Positions 40,214 to 51,906 of a DNA stretch of 64,000 nt are shown one piece after another. Source of the stretch: an uncultured Actinomycetes bacterium (GTDB lineage: Bacteria > Actinomycetota > Acidimicrobiia > Acidimicrobiales > AC-9); the NCBI GenBank assembly GCA_963731255.1, contig CAVSUO010000003.1:139100-203099 (forward strand), read 5' to 3'. Position 1 is the first letter of the stretch; every line of letters starts with the position of its first letter. The notes beneath the pieces are model-generated. The model was not told where the DNA came from. It did not search any database and saw only the letters and a list, made by a program, of their open reading frames with translations. The translations under genes and the position numbers were made by a program.

Positions 40214-41369
40214 TGGGCGACCCGCTCTTCGTCCACGGCATCGATCCCTGGGTCTTTCTCATCGTCGCCGTCAAGGTCATCGTGGCCTTCGTCGTCCTCC
40301 TGGTGTCGGTGCTGCTCATGATCTGGTTCGAGCGCAAGGTCATCTCCGACATGCAGAGCCGGATCGGGCCCAACCGGGCCGGGCCCTGGGGGATCCTCCA
40401 GACCATGGCCGACGGGATCAAGCTGTTCTTCAAGGAGGGCCTGCGTCCCGACGGGCTCCGACCGCAGCGTGTTCTACCTGGCGCCCTACCTCGCCGTGGT
40501 GCCCGCCTTCCTCATCTTCACCATCATCCCCATCGGCGGGGAGATCACGGTCTTCGGCCACACGACCGAGATCCAGGTGGCCGATCCGCAGATCGGGATC
40601 CTGTTCCTCCTGGCCATGTCGTCGGTGGCGGTGTACGGACTCATGCTGGCCGGCTGGGCGTCCGGCTCGAAGTACCCCCTCCTGGGCTCGGTGCGGGCCA
40701 TCGCCCAGATGGTCTCCTACGAGGCGGCCATGGGCCTGTCGACGGCGGCGGCCGTCCTCATCACCGGGCTCGCTGTCCACCCGCGACATCGTCGAGTCCC
40801 AGAACGGCAGCCTGCTACGGCTTCATACCCAACTGGAACGTCCTCCGGCTCGGCGTCGTGCCCTTCGCCATCTTCTTCATCGCCGTCACGGCGGAGGTGA
40901 ACCGGCCGCCCTTCGACCTGGTGGAGGGCGAGCAGGAGCTGGTCGGGGGGTTCCACACCGAGTACTCCTCGGTGCGCTTCGCCCTCTTCTTCCTGGCCGA
41001 GTTCATGAACACGATCACGATGTCGGCCATCGTCGTGACCCTGTTCTTCGGGGGACCCGACGGCCCCGCTCCCCACGTCGTGCGCTGGCTGTGGCCGATC
41101 CTGTGGTTCCTCGGCAAGACGATCGTCTTCCTGTACGTGTACGTGTGGATCCGGGCCAGCCTGCCCCGCCTGCGCTACGACCAGCTGATGGACCTGGGGT
41201 GGAAGCGGCTCATCCCGCTGTCGCTGTTCTGGCTCCTCGTCGTGGCGGGCATGCTCATCGACACGCGATGGGGCTGGTTCTGCCGTCTTCGGCGGCGGCC
41301 TGGCGTTCGGGCTCATGCTGTACCAGGCGCTGCGGGTGTCGACCGCGGCGCCGGACCGAGGTGGCCTGA
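40213..41369 (+). CDS. nuoH: NADH-quinone oxidoreductase subunit H, 4-5 frame breaks (~40455, ~40768, ~40815, ~41283, ~41360)
   Basis: LLMIWFERKVISDMQSRIGPNRAGPWGILQ, GWASGSKYPLLGSVRAIAQMVSYE, VNRPPFDLVEGEQELVGGFHTEYS, IRASLPRLRYDQLM. Confidence 0.85.
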
Positions 41370-42043
41370 TGGGGTTCTTCGACGGCTTCCGGGTGACCAT
41401 CCGCCAGGTCTTCGAGCCGCGGGTGACCCACCGCTATCCCGACGAGAAGCGGCTCAAGCCGCCCCGCTTCCACGGTCGCCACGTGCTGGGCCGGTACGAG
41501 GACGGCATGGAGAAGTGCATCGGGTGCGAGCTGTGCGCCGGGGTCTGCCCGGCCCGCTGCATCTACGTGCGGGGCGCCGACAACCCGCCCGACGCCCCGG
41601 TGTCTCCGGGGGAGCGGTTCGGGTTCGTGTACGAGATCAACTACCTGCGCTGCATCCACTGCGACCTGTGCGTGGAGGCGTGCCCGACCGAGGCCATCAC
41701 CGAGAGCAAGCTGTTCGAGTTCTCCTTCGTCGACCGCCAGGACGCCATCTACACCAAGGACGAGCTCGTCGTCGACGACGAGGGGCGCCCCCGTCAGCTG
41801 CCGTGGGAGGACTGGCGTCCGGGCGACGACGCCCACACCTCGGGCTGGATGCGGGCGACCTCGCCCAACGGCGACGCCGCCTTCGAGGGTCGGGTCCAGT
41901 GGTCCGGCGAGCTCGGCTACGGCGTGCGGTACCCCGAGGCGGGCCAGGTCGGCGACCGCGACGACGAGGCCACGGGCAACATCTCCATCCGAGACGTCAA
42001 TTCGGCCGACATCTCCCACCGATACGGGGGGAGGTACCGATAG
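41369..42043 (+). CDS. nuoI: NADH-quinone oxidoreductase subunit I
   Basis: Two 4Fe-4S motifs, CIGCELCAGVCP and CIHCDLCVEACP. Actinobacterial-type C-terminal extension. Confidence 0.9.
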   Translation: MGFFDGFRVTIRQVFEPRVTHRYPDEKRLKPPRFHGRHVLGRYEDGMEKCIGCELCAGVCPARCIYVRGADNPPDAPVSPGERFGFVYEINYLRCIHCDLCVEACPTEAITESKLFEFSFVDRQDAIYTKDELVVDDEGRPRQLPWEDWRPGDDAHTSGWMRATSPNGDAAFEGRVQWSGELGYGVRYPEAGQVGDRDDEATGNISIRDVNSADISHRYGGRYR

Positions 42044-42052
42044 TGCTCGTCG

Positions 42053-42735
42053 GTGCCGCTCGTCCACGTCCCCTTCCTGGCCGTCACCATCACCGACGCG
42101 ACCGTGTTCGCCGTGTCGGCCGCGGTCATCGTGGCCGGGGCCATCGGCGTCATCGCGGCCCGCAACCCCGTGCACTCCGCCCTGATGCTCGTGATGACGC
42201 TGTTCGGGATCGCCGTCCTGTTCGTGGAGCAGTCGGCCGACTTCCTGGCGGTCGTCCAGGTGATCGTCTACGCCGGCGCCATCGTCGTCCTCTTCCTGTT
42301 CGTCATCATGCTGCTCGGCGTGGACCGGCTGGACGTGATGCGGCGGGACCCGCTCCCGGGACAGCGGCCCCTCGCCCTCGTCATCGGGGCCGCGGGCCTG
42401 TCCCTCCTGCTGTTCCTGGCGGGGATCCACTGGGTGACGGGCGCCCGCTCGGTGGCCGGTCCTTCCGGAGGGCCTGGGTCCAACGTCGAGAAGCTCGGCC
42501 CGGTCGCTCTTCACCACCTACCTGCTCCCGTTCGAGGTCACGTCGCGTCCTGCTGGTGATCGCCGTGGTCGGCGCCGTGGTGCTCTCCCGCCGGCCCTCG
42601 AAGGAGGCCGAGCCCGAGCCGCCGGAGACGGCGACCGAGCCGGAGCCCGAGACCGAGCCGCCTCGGGCCGAGACCGCCCCGCCGGCTGTCGAGGAGGAGC
42701 CGGCTCCGACCGGGAGCCCGGGAGGTGGCTCGTGA
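42053..42735 (+). CDS. nuoJ: NADH-quinone oxidoreductase subunit J, two frame breaks (~42500, ~42545); start uncertain (GTG 42043 or 42053)
   Basis: [40 protein letters not shown], then [15 protein letters not shown] and [13 protein letters not shown] in successive frames. E/P-rich C-terminal tail. Confidence 0.8.
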
Positions 42736-43037
42736 GCCTCGGGGGTCCCTACTACCTGACGCTGGCGGCCGTGCTGTTCACCATCGGCGGCGTCGGGCTC
42801 CTCCTTCGGCGCAACGTGCTGGTCATGTTCATGTGCGTCGAGCTCATGCTCAACGCCGTCAACCTGACCTTCGTCACCTTCTCCCGCATGCTGAACGACA
42901 TCGGCGGCCAGTCCCTGGTCTTCTTCGTGCTGGTGGTGGCGGCGGCCGAGGTCGTCGTGGGGCTGGGCATCATCGTCGCCATCTTCCGCCGGCGCAAGGG
43001 CGCCACAGCGGACGATCTCCACATCCTGAAGGGCTGA
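42732..43037 (+). CDS. nuoK: NADH-quinone oxidoreductase subunit K
   Basis: 101 aa. [31 protein letters not shown]...[17 protein letters not shown]. Confidence 0.9.
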   Translation: MSLGGPYYLTLAAVLFTIGGVGLLLRRNVLVMFMCVELMLNAVNLTFVTFSRMLNDIGGQSLVFFVLVVAAAEVVVGLGIIVAIFRRRKGATADDLHILKG

Positions 43038-43045
43038 CCCCGAGC

Positions 43046-44932
43046 GTGCTCCATTACGCCTACATCATCCCCCTGCTGCCCCTGGCCGGGGCCGTCCTGC
43101 TGGCCTTCTTCGGCAAGCGCGCTCGGCAATCCGCTCGCCGGCTGGTTCGCCACGCTGCTGGTGACGGCGTCCTTCGTGGTGGGCGTCTTCGTATTTCTCG
43201 ACCTGCTCAATCGGGCCAGCAGCAACCGCTCCTTCGACCAGACGATCTTCACCTGGATCCCCGTGGGCGGTCTGCAGATCAAGGCGGCGCTGCTGATCGA
43301 CCCGCTGTCGATCACCATGGTGCTGTTCGTCACTGCGGTGAGCGCGCTGATCCACCTCTACTCGATCGGCTACATGCACCGCGACCCGCAGTTCTCGAAG
43401 TTCTTCGTCTACCTCAACCTGTTCGTGTTCTCCATGCTCATCCTGGTCATGGCGGACAACTTCGTGCTCACCTTCCTCGGCTGGGAGGGGGTGGGGGCCT
43501 GCTCGTACTGGCTGGTCGCCTTCTGGTTCGACCGTGACACCGCCGCCAGCGCGGGCAAGAAGGCCTTCATCGTCAACCGCATCGGCGACTTCGGCTTCCT
43601 CATCGCCATGTTCCTGATCTTCTCGACCGTGGGCACGCTCAGCTACAGCGGCGTGTTCGGCGCCGTCGGCAGCATCGGCCCGACGACCCTCACCGCCATC
43701 ACGCTGCTCCTGTTCCTCGGAGCGGTGGGCAAGTCGGCCCAGATCCCGCTGTTCATCTGGCTCCCCGACGCCATGGAGGGCCCGACGCCCGTGTCGGCCC
43801 TCATCCACGCCGCCACCATGGTCACCGCCGGTGTGTACCTCATGGCGAGGGTCAGCCCGCTGCTCAGCCACACGACGTCGTCGCTCAACGTGGTGGCCAT
43901 CGTCGGGATAGGCACGGCCTTCCTCGCCGCCACGAGCGCCTGCGCCCAGGAGGACATCAAGAGGGGCCTGGCCTACTCGACCATCTCCCAGCTCGGCTAC
44001 ATGTTCCTGGCCGTCGGTACCGGCGCCTACGTCGCCGCCATCTTCTTGATGATCACCCACGCCTTCTACAAGGCCCTGCTCTTCCTCGGCGCCGGCTCGG
44101 TGATCCACGGCCTCCACGACGAGCAGGACATGAACCGCATGGGCGGCCTGCGAAAATTCATGCCGGTGACGGCCGGCACCTTCATCGTCGCCTGGCTGGC
44201 CATCGCCGGGGTGCCGCCGTTCTCCGGGTTCTTCTCCAAGGGCGACGTGCTCATGCAACGCCTACGCGCGCAGCCCGGCGCTGTACGCCGTCGGCCTGGC
44301 TACCGCCCTGCTCACCGCCTACTACCTGGGCCGGATCGTGTTCCTCACCTTCTACGGGCCCGAACGCTGGCGCACGTCGGGACCGGAGGAGGTCCTCCCC
44401 CACGAGTCACCTGCCCGTGATGCTGGTGCCGCTCGTCATCCTCGCCATCGCGTCTCTCGCCGCCGGTCTCATCGACCTGCCCTACGCCAACCTCGACTAC
44501 CTGGCCAGGTGGCTGGACCCGCTGTTCGGATCGGCCGAGCGGGTGCTCACGTTCAGCACGGGTGCCAAGGACGCCTTCGAGGCGGCTGACGGGGTCGTGG
44601 CGGTCATCGGCGTCCTGCTCGCCGCAGGGCTGTGGGTGCGGCGCTGGCAGCGGCCGCGGCTCACGCCGGTCTTCTTCCAGCGGGCCTGGTGGGTCGACTG
44701 GGCTTACGACACCTTCATCGCCCGGCCCTCGACGGCGCTGGCCAACTTCTCGGCCATGGTGTTCGACAACGAGGTCATCGACGGCGTCGTCAACGGCACG
44801 GCGACGCTCATACGTGGCAGCGGCGAACGCTTACGCCGGCTGCAGACGGGCTACGTACGAAATTACGCCCTCGCCATCGCCACGGGCGCCGCCCTGGTGC
44901 TCGCCTACCTGGCCAGCCGGGTGGGCTCGTGA
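43046..44932 (+). CDS. nuoL: NADH-quinone oxidoreductase subunit L, three frame breaks (~43120, ~44256, ~44405)
   Basis: FLGWEGVGACSYWLV, KSAQIPLFIWLPDAMEGPTPVSALIHAATMVTAGV, AYSTISQLGYMF. Confidence 0.88.
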
Positions 44933-46548
44933 GCGGGGTCGCGGGCGTGGCGGCGCCGGTCCTGGCTGCCGCCCATCCCGGGCCCGGCTTTCCGCTGTTG
45001 ACGACGCTCGTGCTGATCCCGGCAGGGGGAGCGGTGGTCGTCGCCGCCCTGCCTCGGGCCCGTCAACGGCTCATCCAGGTACTGGGCGTCGCCTTCTCGG
45101 TGGCCGTGCTGGGCTTCGCCGTGTTCATCGCCGTTCGCTTCCGGGTGGGCGACGGGGGCTTCCAGATGGTCTCCCAGCACAGCTGGATCACCGAGTTCGG
45201 CATCTCGTGGAAGCTCGGCATCGACGGGATATCGCTGTTCCTCGTGCTGATGTGCGGGGTGCTGTTCCCCGTCGCCCTGCTCGGCGGGCGGGTACGAAGC
45301 AATCCCAAGGGCTTCGTGGCCTGGATGCTGCTGCTCGAGTGCGCGTGCCTCGGGAGCTTCCTCGCCCTGGACCTCTTCCTCTTCTTCCTCTTCTTCGAGC
45401 TCACCCTCGTGCCGACGTACTTCATCATCGGCGGGTGGGGTCACGAGCGACGGGGCAACGCGGCGCTGAAGTTCTTCCTGTACACCTTCCTCGGGTCGGC
45501 GGTCATGCTCGTCGGCCTGCTGACCGTGGTGTACCTCCACCAGCGCAGCACGGGACACCTGACGTTCGATCTCGTGACCCTGTCGGCCACCCAGCCCTTC
45601 TCGTCGACGGTGGGCATCGTCCTGTTCCTCGCGTTCATGGCCGCCTTCGCCGTCAAGGCGCCCATCTTCCCGCTCCACACCTGGTCCCCACCCGCGTACA
45701 CCGAGGCGCCGGCCGCCGGCTCGGTGATCCTCGCCGCCGTCATGGCCAAGATCGGCAGCTACGGCATCGTCCGCTTCGACTTCGAGCTGTTCCCCAAGGC
45801 CGCGGCGCAGCTGGCCCCGACGATGCTGACCCTCGCCGCCATCGGCATCCTCTACGGGGCGGTGGTGGCGGCGGCCCAGCGGGACCTCAAGCGCATGGTC
45901 GCGTACTCGTCGCTCACCAACCTGGGTTTCATCGTGCTCGGCACCTTCGCCATCACCACCCAGGGCGTCTCCGGCGGCGTGCTCCAGATGCTCAACCACG
46001 GCCTGTTCACCGCTGCGCTGTTCCTGCTGATCGGGTTCATCTACGAGCGACGAAAGAGCTGGCAGACGACCGACCTCGGCGGCCTCCAGCGGGCCGCGCC
46101 CATCATGGCCGGGGTGTTCACGGTGGCGATGATGGCCTCGATCGGGCTGCCCGGCCTCAACGGCTTCGTCGGTGAGTTCCTCATCCTGATCGGCACCTTC
46201 CTCAGCCACCGCTGGTGGGCGGTGGCGGCCACCATCGGCGTGATCTTCGCCGCCATCTACCTGCTGTGGGCGTTCCAGAGGGTGTTCCACGGCCGGACGA
46301 CGGGCCCCAATCTCCACATCCCCGACCTGTCGTGGCGAGAGCGCGCCGTCGTGGCCCCGCTGATCCTGGCCATCGTGTTCCTCGGCGTGTACCCCCGGCC
46401 GGTGCTCGACCGCATCACCCCGTCGGTCAACCGCCTCGTCAGCCACGTGGAGCACGGCAGTACCTACCGCCAGCCGGCGGTGGCCAAGGGGTCGTCAGCG
46501 GTGCCGGTGTCGGCGTCCGTGCCGGCCTCGGCGCCGGGAGCGCCCTGA
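44929..46548 (+). CDS. nuoM: NADH-quinone oxidoreductase subunit M
   Basis: Uninterrupted. GIDGISLFLVLM, FFELTLVPTYFIIGGWG, KAPIFPLHTWSPPAYTEAP, MVAYSSLTNLGF. The GTG overlaps the nuoL stop. Confidence 0.9.
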   Translation: MSGVAGVAAPVLAAAHPGPGFPLLTTLVLIPAGGAVVVAALPRARQRLIQVLGVAFSVAVLGFAVFIAVRFRVGDGGFQMVSQHSWITEFGISWKLGIDGISLFLVLMCGVLFPVALLGGRVRSNPKGFVAWMLLLECACLGSFLALDLFLFFLFFELTLVPTYFIIGGWGHERRGNAALKFFLYTFLGSAVMLVGLLTVVYLHQRSTGHLTFDLVTLSATQPFSSTVGIVLFLAFMAAFAVKAPIFPLHTWSPPAYTEAPAAGSVILAAVMAKIGSYGIVRFDFELFPKAAAQLAPTMLTLAAIGILYGAVVAAAQRDLKRMVAYSSLTNLGFIVLGTFAITTQGVSGGVLQMLNHGLFTAALFLLIGFIYERRKSWQTTDLGGLQRAAPIMAGVFTVAMMASIGLPGLNGFVGEFLILIGTFLSHRWWAVAATIGVIFAAIYLLWAFQRVFHGRTTGPNLHIPDLSWRERAVVAPLILAIVFLGVYPRPVLDRITPSVNRLVSHVEHGSTYRQPAVAKGSSAVPVSASVPASAPGAP

Positions 46549-48181
46549 TGAGCTACAGCCCGCTGCTCGCCCAGCTGCACCCGGACCTGCCGGCCCTCCA
46601 GCTGCCGCGCATCGACTACTCGGCCATCATGCCCGAGCTGCTCCTGATCGGCCTGGCGCTGGTGCTCATGACCGTGGCGGCGCTGAAGCGCCGCCCGCTG
46701 CCCCGAGGGACCTACGCCGTCTTCACCGTGGCCGCCGCCGGTGCCTCGATGGCCTACGCCTACCTGCTGTGGAACCACATCGCTCGGGGCGGGTACACGG
46801 CGATCGCCGGATCCATCGCCGTGGACGGGTTCAGCGTGTTCTTCACGTTGCTGATCGGAGCGGCGCTCGTCGTGTCGGCCCTGTCGGCCGACGCCTACCT
46901 GCGCCAGGAAGGCCTCGACGGCCCCGAGTTCTACGTGCTGGCCATGCTCTCGGCGTCGGGCGCCATGTTCATGGCGGGCGCCAACGACCTGATCGTGCTG
47001 TTCCTGGGGCTGGAGATCCTCTCCATCGCCCTGTACGTGCTGGCCGGCTACCACGCCCGGCGCACCGAGTCGGGAGAGGCGGCGATCAAGTACTTCGTGC
47101 TGGGGGCGTTCTCCTCGGCCATCTTCCTCTACGGGGTCGCCCTCACCTACGGCGCCACCGGGTCGACCAACCTCGGCCAGGTCGACGAAGTTCCTCGCCC
47201 AGAACGTCACCGTGTCCAACGGCCTGCTTCTCGCCGGGCATGGCCCTGCTGCTCGTCGGGCTCGGGTTCAAGGTGGCGGCCGTCCCGTTCCACTTCTGGA
47301 CGCCCGACGTCTACCAGGGCTCGCCCACGCCCGTCACGGGCTTCATGGCGGCGATGGCGAAAGCCGCCGGCTTCGCCGGGCTCCTGCGGCTCTTCTTCTC
47401 GACCTTCTCGGTCCTGCGTCTCGACTGGAAGCCTCTGATATGGGCCCTCGCCCTGCTCACCCTCCTGGTCGGAGCGGTGGTGGCCATCGTCCAGCGCGAC
47501 GTCAAGCGCATGCTGGCCTACTCGTCCATCAGCCACGCCGGGTTCGTCCTCGTGGGACTGGAGGTGGCGACCAAGAACGGGATCGCCGGTGGCCTGTACT
47601 ACCTCTTCGCCTACGTCTTCATGGTCGTCGGCAGCTTCACCGTCGTGACCCTGGTCGGCCGGCGGGGCGATGCACACCACGACCTCGACTCCTACCGGGG
47701 CCTGTCGGCCCGCAACCCGGGCCTGTCCCTGCTGCTGGCGCTGTTCCTCATGGCCCAGGCCGGCATCCCCTTCACGACGGGCTTCCTGGCCAAGTTCTAC
47801 GTGATCTCCGCCGCCGTCGACAGCGGCGCCTACCCGCTGGCGCTCATCGCCATGATCGCCGCCGTGATCGCCGCCTTCTTCTACCTGCGCGTGATCGTCC
47901 TCACGTACACCCGCCCCGAGGAGGCGGCGGCGCCGGCGTCAGCCGGCGCCGACGCCTACGACACCGGGACCCGTCATGGTGGCGAGGCGACCGCGCCGGG
48001 CGCTGTCGCCGTGGCGGAGCGCACAGCGGTCGTCCACCGACGAGGAGCCCGAAGCCCCCATCCACGTCCCCGTTCGCTGGCCGGCGTCGGCCTCTTCGTC
48101 TGCGCCGCCTTCACCGTGTTCTTCGGCCTCTACCCGGCGCCCCTCATCAACTTCGCCCACCACGCGACCCTGCTGTTCTAG
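46548..48181 (+). CDS. nuoN: NADH-quinone oxidoreductase subunit N, two frame breaks (~47190, ~47235)
   Basis: LGLEILSIALYVLAG, KVAAVPFHFWTPDVYQGSPTPVTGFMA, MLAYSSISHAGF. The ATG overlaps the nuoM TGA. Confidence 0.88.
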
Positions 48182-49965
48182 CGACCGCAGCGGCGGGTGC
48201 CGCTGCGCTCACCGTCCTCCGGAGGCGGGTGCTCGTCGACCTGCTCGGCCGGCGCAGCGCTGTGCTCTCCGTTCTGGAGCTCCGGAGCGGGCCGACGTCC
48301 GGGACGAGGAAGCGGCCGATGAGGGGGAGCTCCCAGAACGACTCGGCCCGGGCGATGGCGACGGCCACGGCTGGGGCGTGCTCGGGCGAGTCGTAGACGG
48401 CGTAGCGGGGTTGCCAGTACGGGTCGTACTTGGCGTTGAAGCGCCACAGCGACTCGATCTGCATCGAGGAGGACATACGCCGCAGCATCCAGCGCTCGAC
48501 CCGCCGATGCAGGCCGTCGCCGCTCTCGCCGGCCAGAACCGAGCGCATGGTGGCGAAGTTGAGGCCGAGGCCCTCGCATCCCTGCGCCCTGAGATGCTCG
48601 ATCGTCTCGACGATCACGAAGTCGAGCAGGCCGTTGGGGTGGTCGCCGTCGTCGCGGCGCATGAGGTCGAGCGAGTACCCGTTGATCCCCGGCGCGGGCA
48701 CGTACTGGCAGAAGGCGACGGGCGTCCCGTCTGCCGCCGCCGCCACGGCCAGCAGCAGACCCTCGTCCCGGGGTTCGAACAGCCGCCCCAGGGTCATGGA
48801 GAAGCCCCGCTCGACGTCGCCCCGCCGGCTACGGGTCATCACCTCGCGGAGCGCGTCGGCCAGGTCCGGGGCCAGACGGGCCGGATCGTGGAACGAGATG
48901 GTGTAGCCGTAGCGGGCGATGCGGTTGACGGCCTGCCGGAGCCCCTTGTTGCGACCGCCCTGCAGCGAGAAGCCGGCTATCTCCACGACGCCCTCGTCGC
49001 CGAGATAGAGGTCGTGCATGCCCGACGACCGGTAGGTCGGCAGCCAGTCCTCGCCCGCGCCCAGGACGGCCACGGTCCAACCGTGGGCGTCGGCGTAGGA
49101 CCGGAACGACGACCACAGCTTGTCGCGCTCGGTCTCGGGGCCGATGGGGTCGGGTGAGACGAGGCACACGCCGCCGTACACGGCGTAGGCGACGAGGCTG
49201 TCGCCCTCGAAGAAGTGGACCTTGTCGTGACGGAGGGCGAAGTAGTCCAGCGTGCCCCGCCCGTGGCGGCGCACGATGTCTCTGGCCCGGCGCTGGGCAT
49301 CGGCACCGGTCAGACGCTGCTCGACGACGGGGCGGAAGGCGAGGATCAGGGCGATGAGCGCCAGGCCCAGCCCAATGGCGAGCAGGGTCGGGGCGAGGAA
49401 CTCGTCCAGACGGTGGGGCAGGCGCACGGTTCGCAGCCCGACCATCCGCCCGGCCACCGCCTGCAGCGCCGGCACGAAGCCGAGCGGCCGGGTGTCGGCG
49501 TCGAGCGCCAGCGCCACCTCCATCGACATGGTCGTCACCACGATGACGACCACGGCCGCGCCCAGTAGCGCAAGACCGCCCCTCCGTCGGGAGGGGCGGT
49601 CCACGGCGCCCCGGAAGCACGAGCGGTTGACCACCAGGAACCAGGCCACGGCCAGCGCGATCAGGGCCTCCTCCAGACCACCGCCCTGGACAAGGTGCAG
49701 GACGCCGGTGCCCACCAGCAGGCCCAGCGCGACGGTCCAGGCCTGGCGCTGGCCCCTCCGGACGCCGCGGCGCCAGGGCGAGGAGCGCCAGGCCGGCCAG
49801 GGCGACCAGGGCCGAGGCGGCCTGGGACACCGACAGCGGCAGCACGTCGAAGACGAAGTCGAGGTGGTTCCGGAACGGCGGCGTCACCGCCGAGGCCAGG
49901 TTGACCACGCCGGCGAGCGCGAGGGCGACGGCGGCCAGGCGCCGGACCCGGCGCTGGCGTGCAGG
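48147..49965 (-). CDS. MprF-like membrane protein with DUF2156 (aminoacyl-phosphatidylglycerol synthase-type) C-terminal domain, frame-broken near 49740
   Basis: The TM region (RRVRRLAAVALALAGVVNLASAVTPPF... then LIALAVAWFLVV...) is followed by TLDYFALRHDKVHFFEGDSLVAYAVYGGVCLVSPDPIG...NKGLRQAVNR...GYSLDLMRR...LNFATMR...RFNAKYDPYWQPRY, a DUF2156-like pattern. No start or stop codon separates it from the upstream ORF, so the 5' boundary at 49965 is nominal. Confidence 0.6.
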
Positions 49966-51259
49966 CGGGGTCGGCGACCTGGGGATAGGGCGGTCCGTGG
50001 GGGAACGTGGCCACGACGGCCGGGTGCGGGTCGCCGATGTGGCCTCGGCGGGCGGCCAGCCGCTCGATGACCGTCGCCCCCTCCAGGTCGAGGCGGGCCT
50101 GGAGCAGGCGGGCGTGGAGCTCAGCACCGGCCTCGAGCTCGATCCACGACAGCTGGCGACGGTGCAGGAAGACCGGCGGCAGCCCGAGGCGGGCGGGGCA
50201 CTCGTCGACGACCTCGGTCACCGCTCCGGCGTTGGCGTAGAAGCCTGGCCCGAGCAGGGTCAGCTCGGGCTGTCGGGTGTGGCCTGTCACGAGCCCGGCT
50301 CGGTCCGCGCCCACGAGTGACCTGGCCGCGGCGCGGGCCGCGCTCGTTCGGGTCCTCGCCGGAGCCGCCCAGGGCGACGCCTCCGATGGCTGCCCAGGTG
50401 CGGTGCTCACCCAGGCCACGCCCAGCACGACCAGCACCAGGTCGAGGACGGTGGTCAGGCCCACCAGACCCAGGCGCCGGGGCCAGGCCCCCAGATGGGA
50501 GAGGTGCTGGGCGGGAGCCGCCCACAGGTACGAGATCGGGACCTTGAGCAGGACAGCGAGGGCCAACGGCACCAGGAGCCACCAGGCGTGCCGGGCCAGC
50601 CGCCGGTAGGCCAGCCTGGAGGCCAGGAAGCGGGGGAGGCTGGACGGCTCGGGGATGCGGTCGACGCCCTGGAGCCACGAGGACCGAGCCCCGCCCAGGG
50701 CCGGCAGCATCTCGGCCAGCACGTGGTGACCGACCGGGGTGCAGGCGGGGTTTCGAGGGTCGGCCAGGGCGTGGCGAGGATCGAAGCGGTGGCCGGGCTC
50801 GACCCGGACGCATCGCGACCCCGTTCCGGTCTCGAGGACGACCTCGGTGGCGAGGGCGAGCTCGGCTCCGAGCTCCGTGGCCACGGAGCGGGCGACGACG
50901 TCGTCCCAGGCCAGTCGGGCATCCCGGCTTCCGGGGAGGCAGATCAGGCGGCGACCCTCGCCGGCGCCGAAGGCGCGGAGGGCGGCCGCGAGCCGCGGAT
51001 GGGCGTCGAGTGCGGCGCCGGGGTCGGGCGTACCGGCGGTGGGCTCGGCGACGAGCAGGTCGAACAGGTTGCCGGCGACGATCAGCGCTCCGGGACCGCT
51101 CCACGCCTCGACGGCGCGGGCCAGGTCGGTCGTGGCCGAGGCCGAGGCGGGCGTGGCCGTGGGCCCCAGCAGCAGGTCGCTCACCACGAGCACCCGGCCA
51201 CCCAGCCCGACCTCGACATCGAGCTGGTCGGGAATGGCTGCGGCGGTGGCGAACGCCAT
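49966..51259 (-). CDS. Membrane-associated LpxH-like calcineurin-fold phosphoesterase homolog with degenerate metal-binding motifs
   Basis: The motif series VLVVSDLLLG (DxH to DLL), IVAGNLFDL (GDxxD to GNLFD), ICLPGSRDARL (GNHD/GNRD to GSRD) and VTGHTRQPE (GHTH to GHTR) is followed by a TM segment (WWLLVPLALAVLL). The reading frame continues into the DUF2156 gene after one frame change near 49965. Confidence 0.5.
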
Positions 51260-51322
51260 AACGAGCCATCTTGGCAGCGGCGGCGGGTGGACCCGATCAA
51301 CCGAACAATACTCTGGAGGAGC

Positions 51323-51829
51323 ATGGCCGAGGCGACGACGCCCCTCGGGGTGCCCGACAACTGGAGGTGGGCGGCCGAGCCCGTACCTCCCGGGGCCCGC
51401 CGTGGTCTTCGACCTCGACGGCGTGTTGTCCGACGCCGCCAGTCGTCAGCACTTCCTCGAGTCCCCCAGCGGGACTGGAACGCCTTCTTCGACGCCTGCG
51501 GCGAGGATCCCCTGATCGAGGAGGTCGACCGCCTGCTCGACCTGCTCGATCCGGCGCTGGCCATCATCCTGGTGACGGCCAGGCCCATCCGCGTCCAACC
51601 CCAGACGCTGGCCTGGCTCGAGCGCTACCGGATGCGTTGGGACCTGCTGGTGATGCGGGAGCTCGGCGACTACGCCGCAGCCCCCCGCTTCAAGCACCAG
51701 GCCGTGTCCGACCTGCGGGCCTACGGGTTCCAGCTGCTGCTCGCCTTCGAGGACGACCGGCGTAACCTGGAGATGTTCCGGGGAGAAGGAGTCCCGTGCC
51801 TCTACATTCACTCGGGCTACTACGACTGA
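51323..51829 (+). CDS. HAD-superfamily phosphatase-like protein, two frame breaks (~51395, ~51465)
   Basis: ATG 51323 lies behind ggagga. AVVFDLDGVLSD (the DxDG HAD motif I) is in the 50739 frame. ILVTARP...FEDD is in the 50495 frame. Confidence 0.55.
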   Translation: MAEATTPLGVPDNWRWAAEPVPPGARRGLRPRRRVVRRRQSSALPRVPQRDWNAFFDACGEDPLIEEVDRLLDLLDPALAIILVTARPIRVQPQTLAWLERYRMRWDLLVMRELGDYAAAPRFKHQAVSDLRAYGFQLLLAFEDDRRNLEMFRGEGVPCLYIHSGYYD

Positions 51830-51906
51830 GCCCGGGAGCCGGCCCGCCAGGAACGAAAGCACCGTAGGCAGACGTTCAGGTGGGGAGAGACTAGGAATGG
51901 TGGTCG

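Noticed and set aside
42043-42053. nuoJ start at GTG 42043 (better spaced from gggggagg) with yet another +1 break before 42053.
   Set aside because: It cannot be distinguished from a simple GTG start at 42053. It is noted in the feature evidence but not counted as a break.
39334-42735. 1133-aa ORF (and likewise 34086-36182, 36432-38594, 26541-28916) that looks like a giant fusion protein.
   Set aside because: Only short segments of each translate into conserved Nuo or Hem sequence. The rest is nonsense. They are single-frame read-throughs across several genes whose true reading frames switch at indels.
34086-48181. Programmed +1 ribosomal frameshifting or another recoding mechanism as an explanation for the predominance of +1 breaks.
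   Set aside because: I could see no shared slippery or stimulatory motif at the sites. The breaks hit more than 25 unrelated genes at non-homologous positions. None corresponds to the known programmed sites (prfB, dnaX type). The contexts are heterogeneous short G/C runs.
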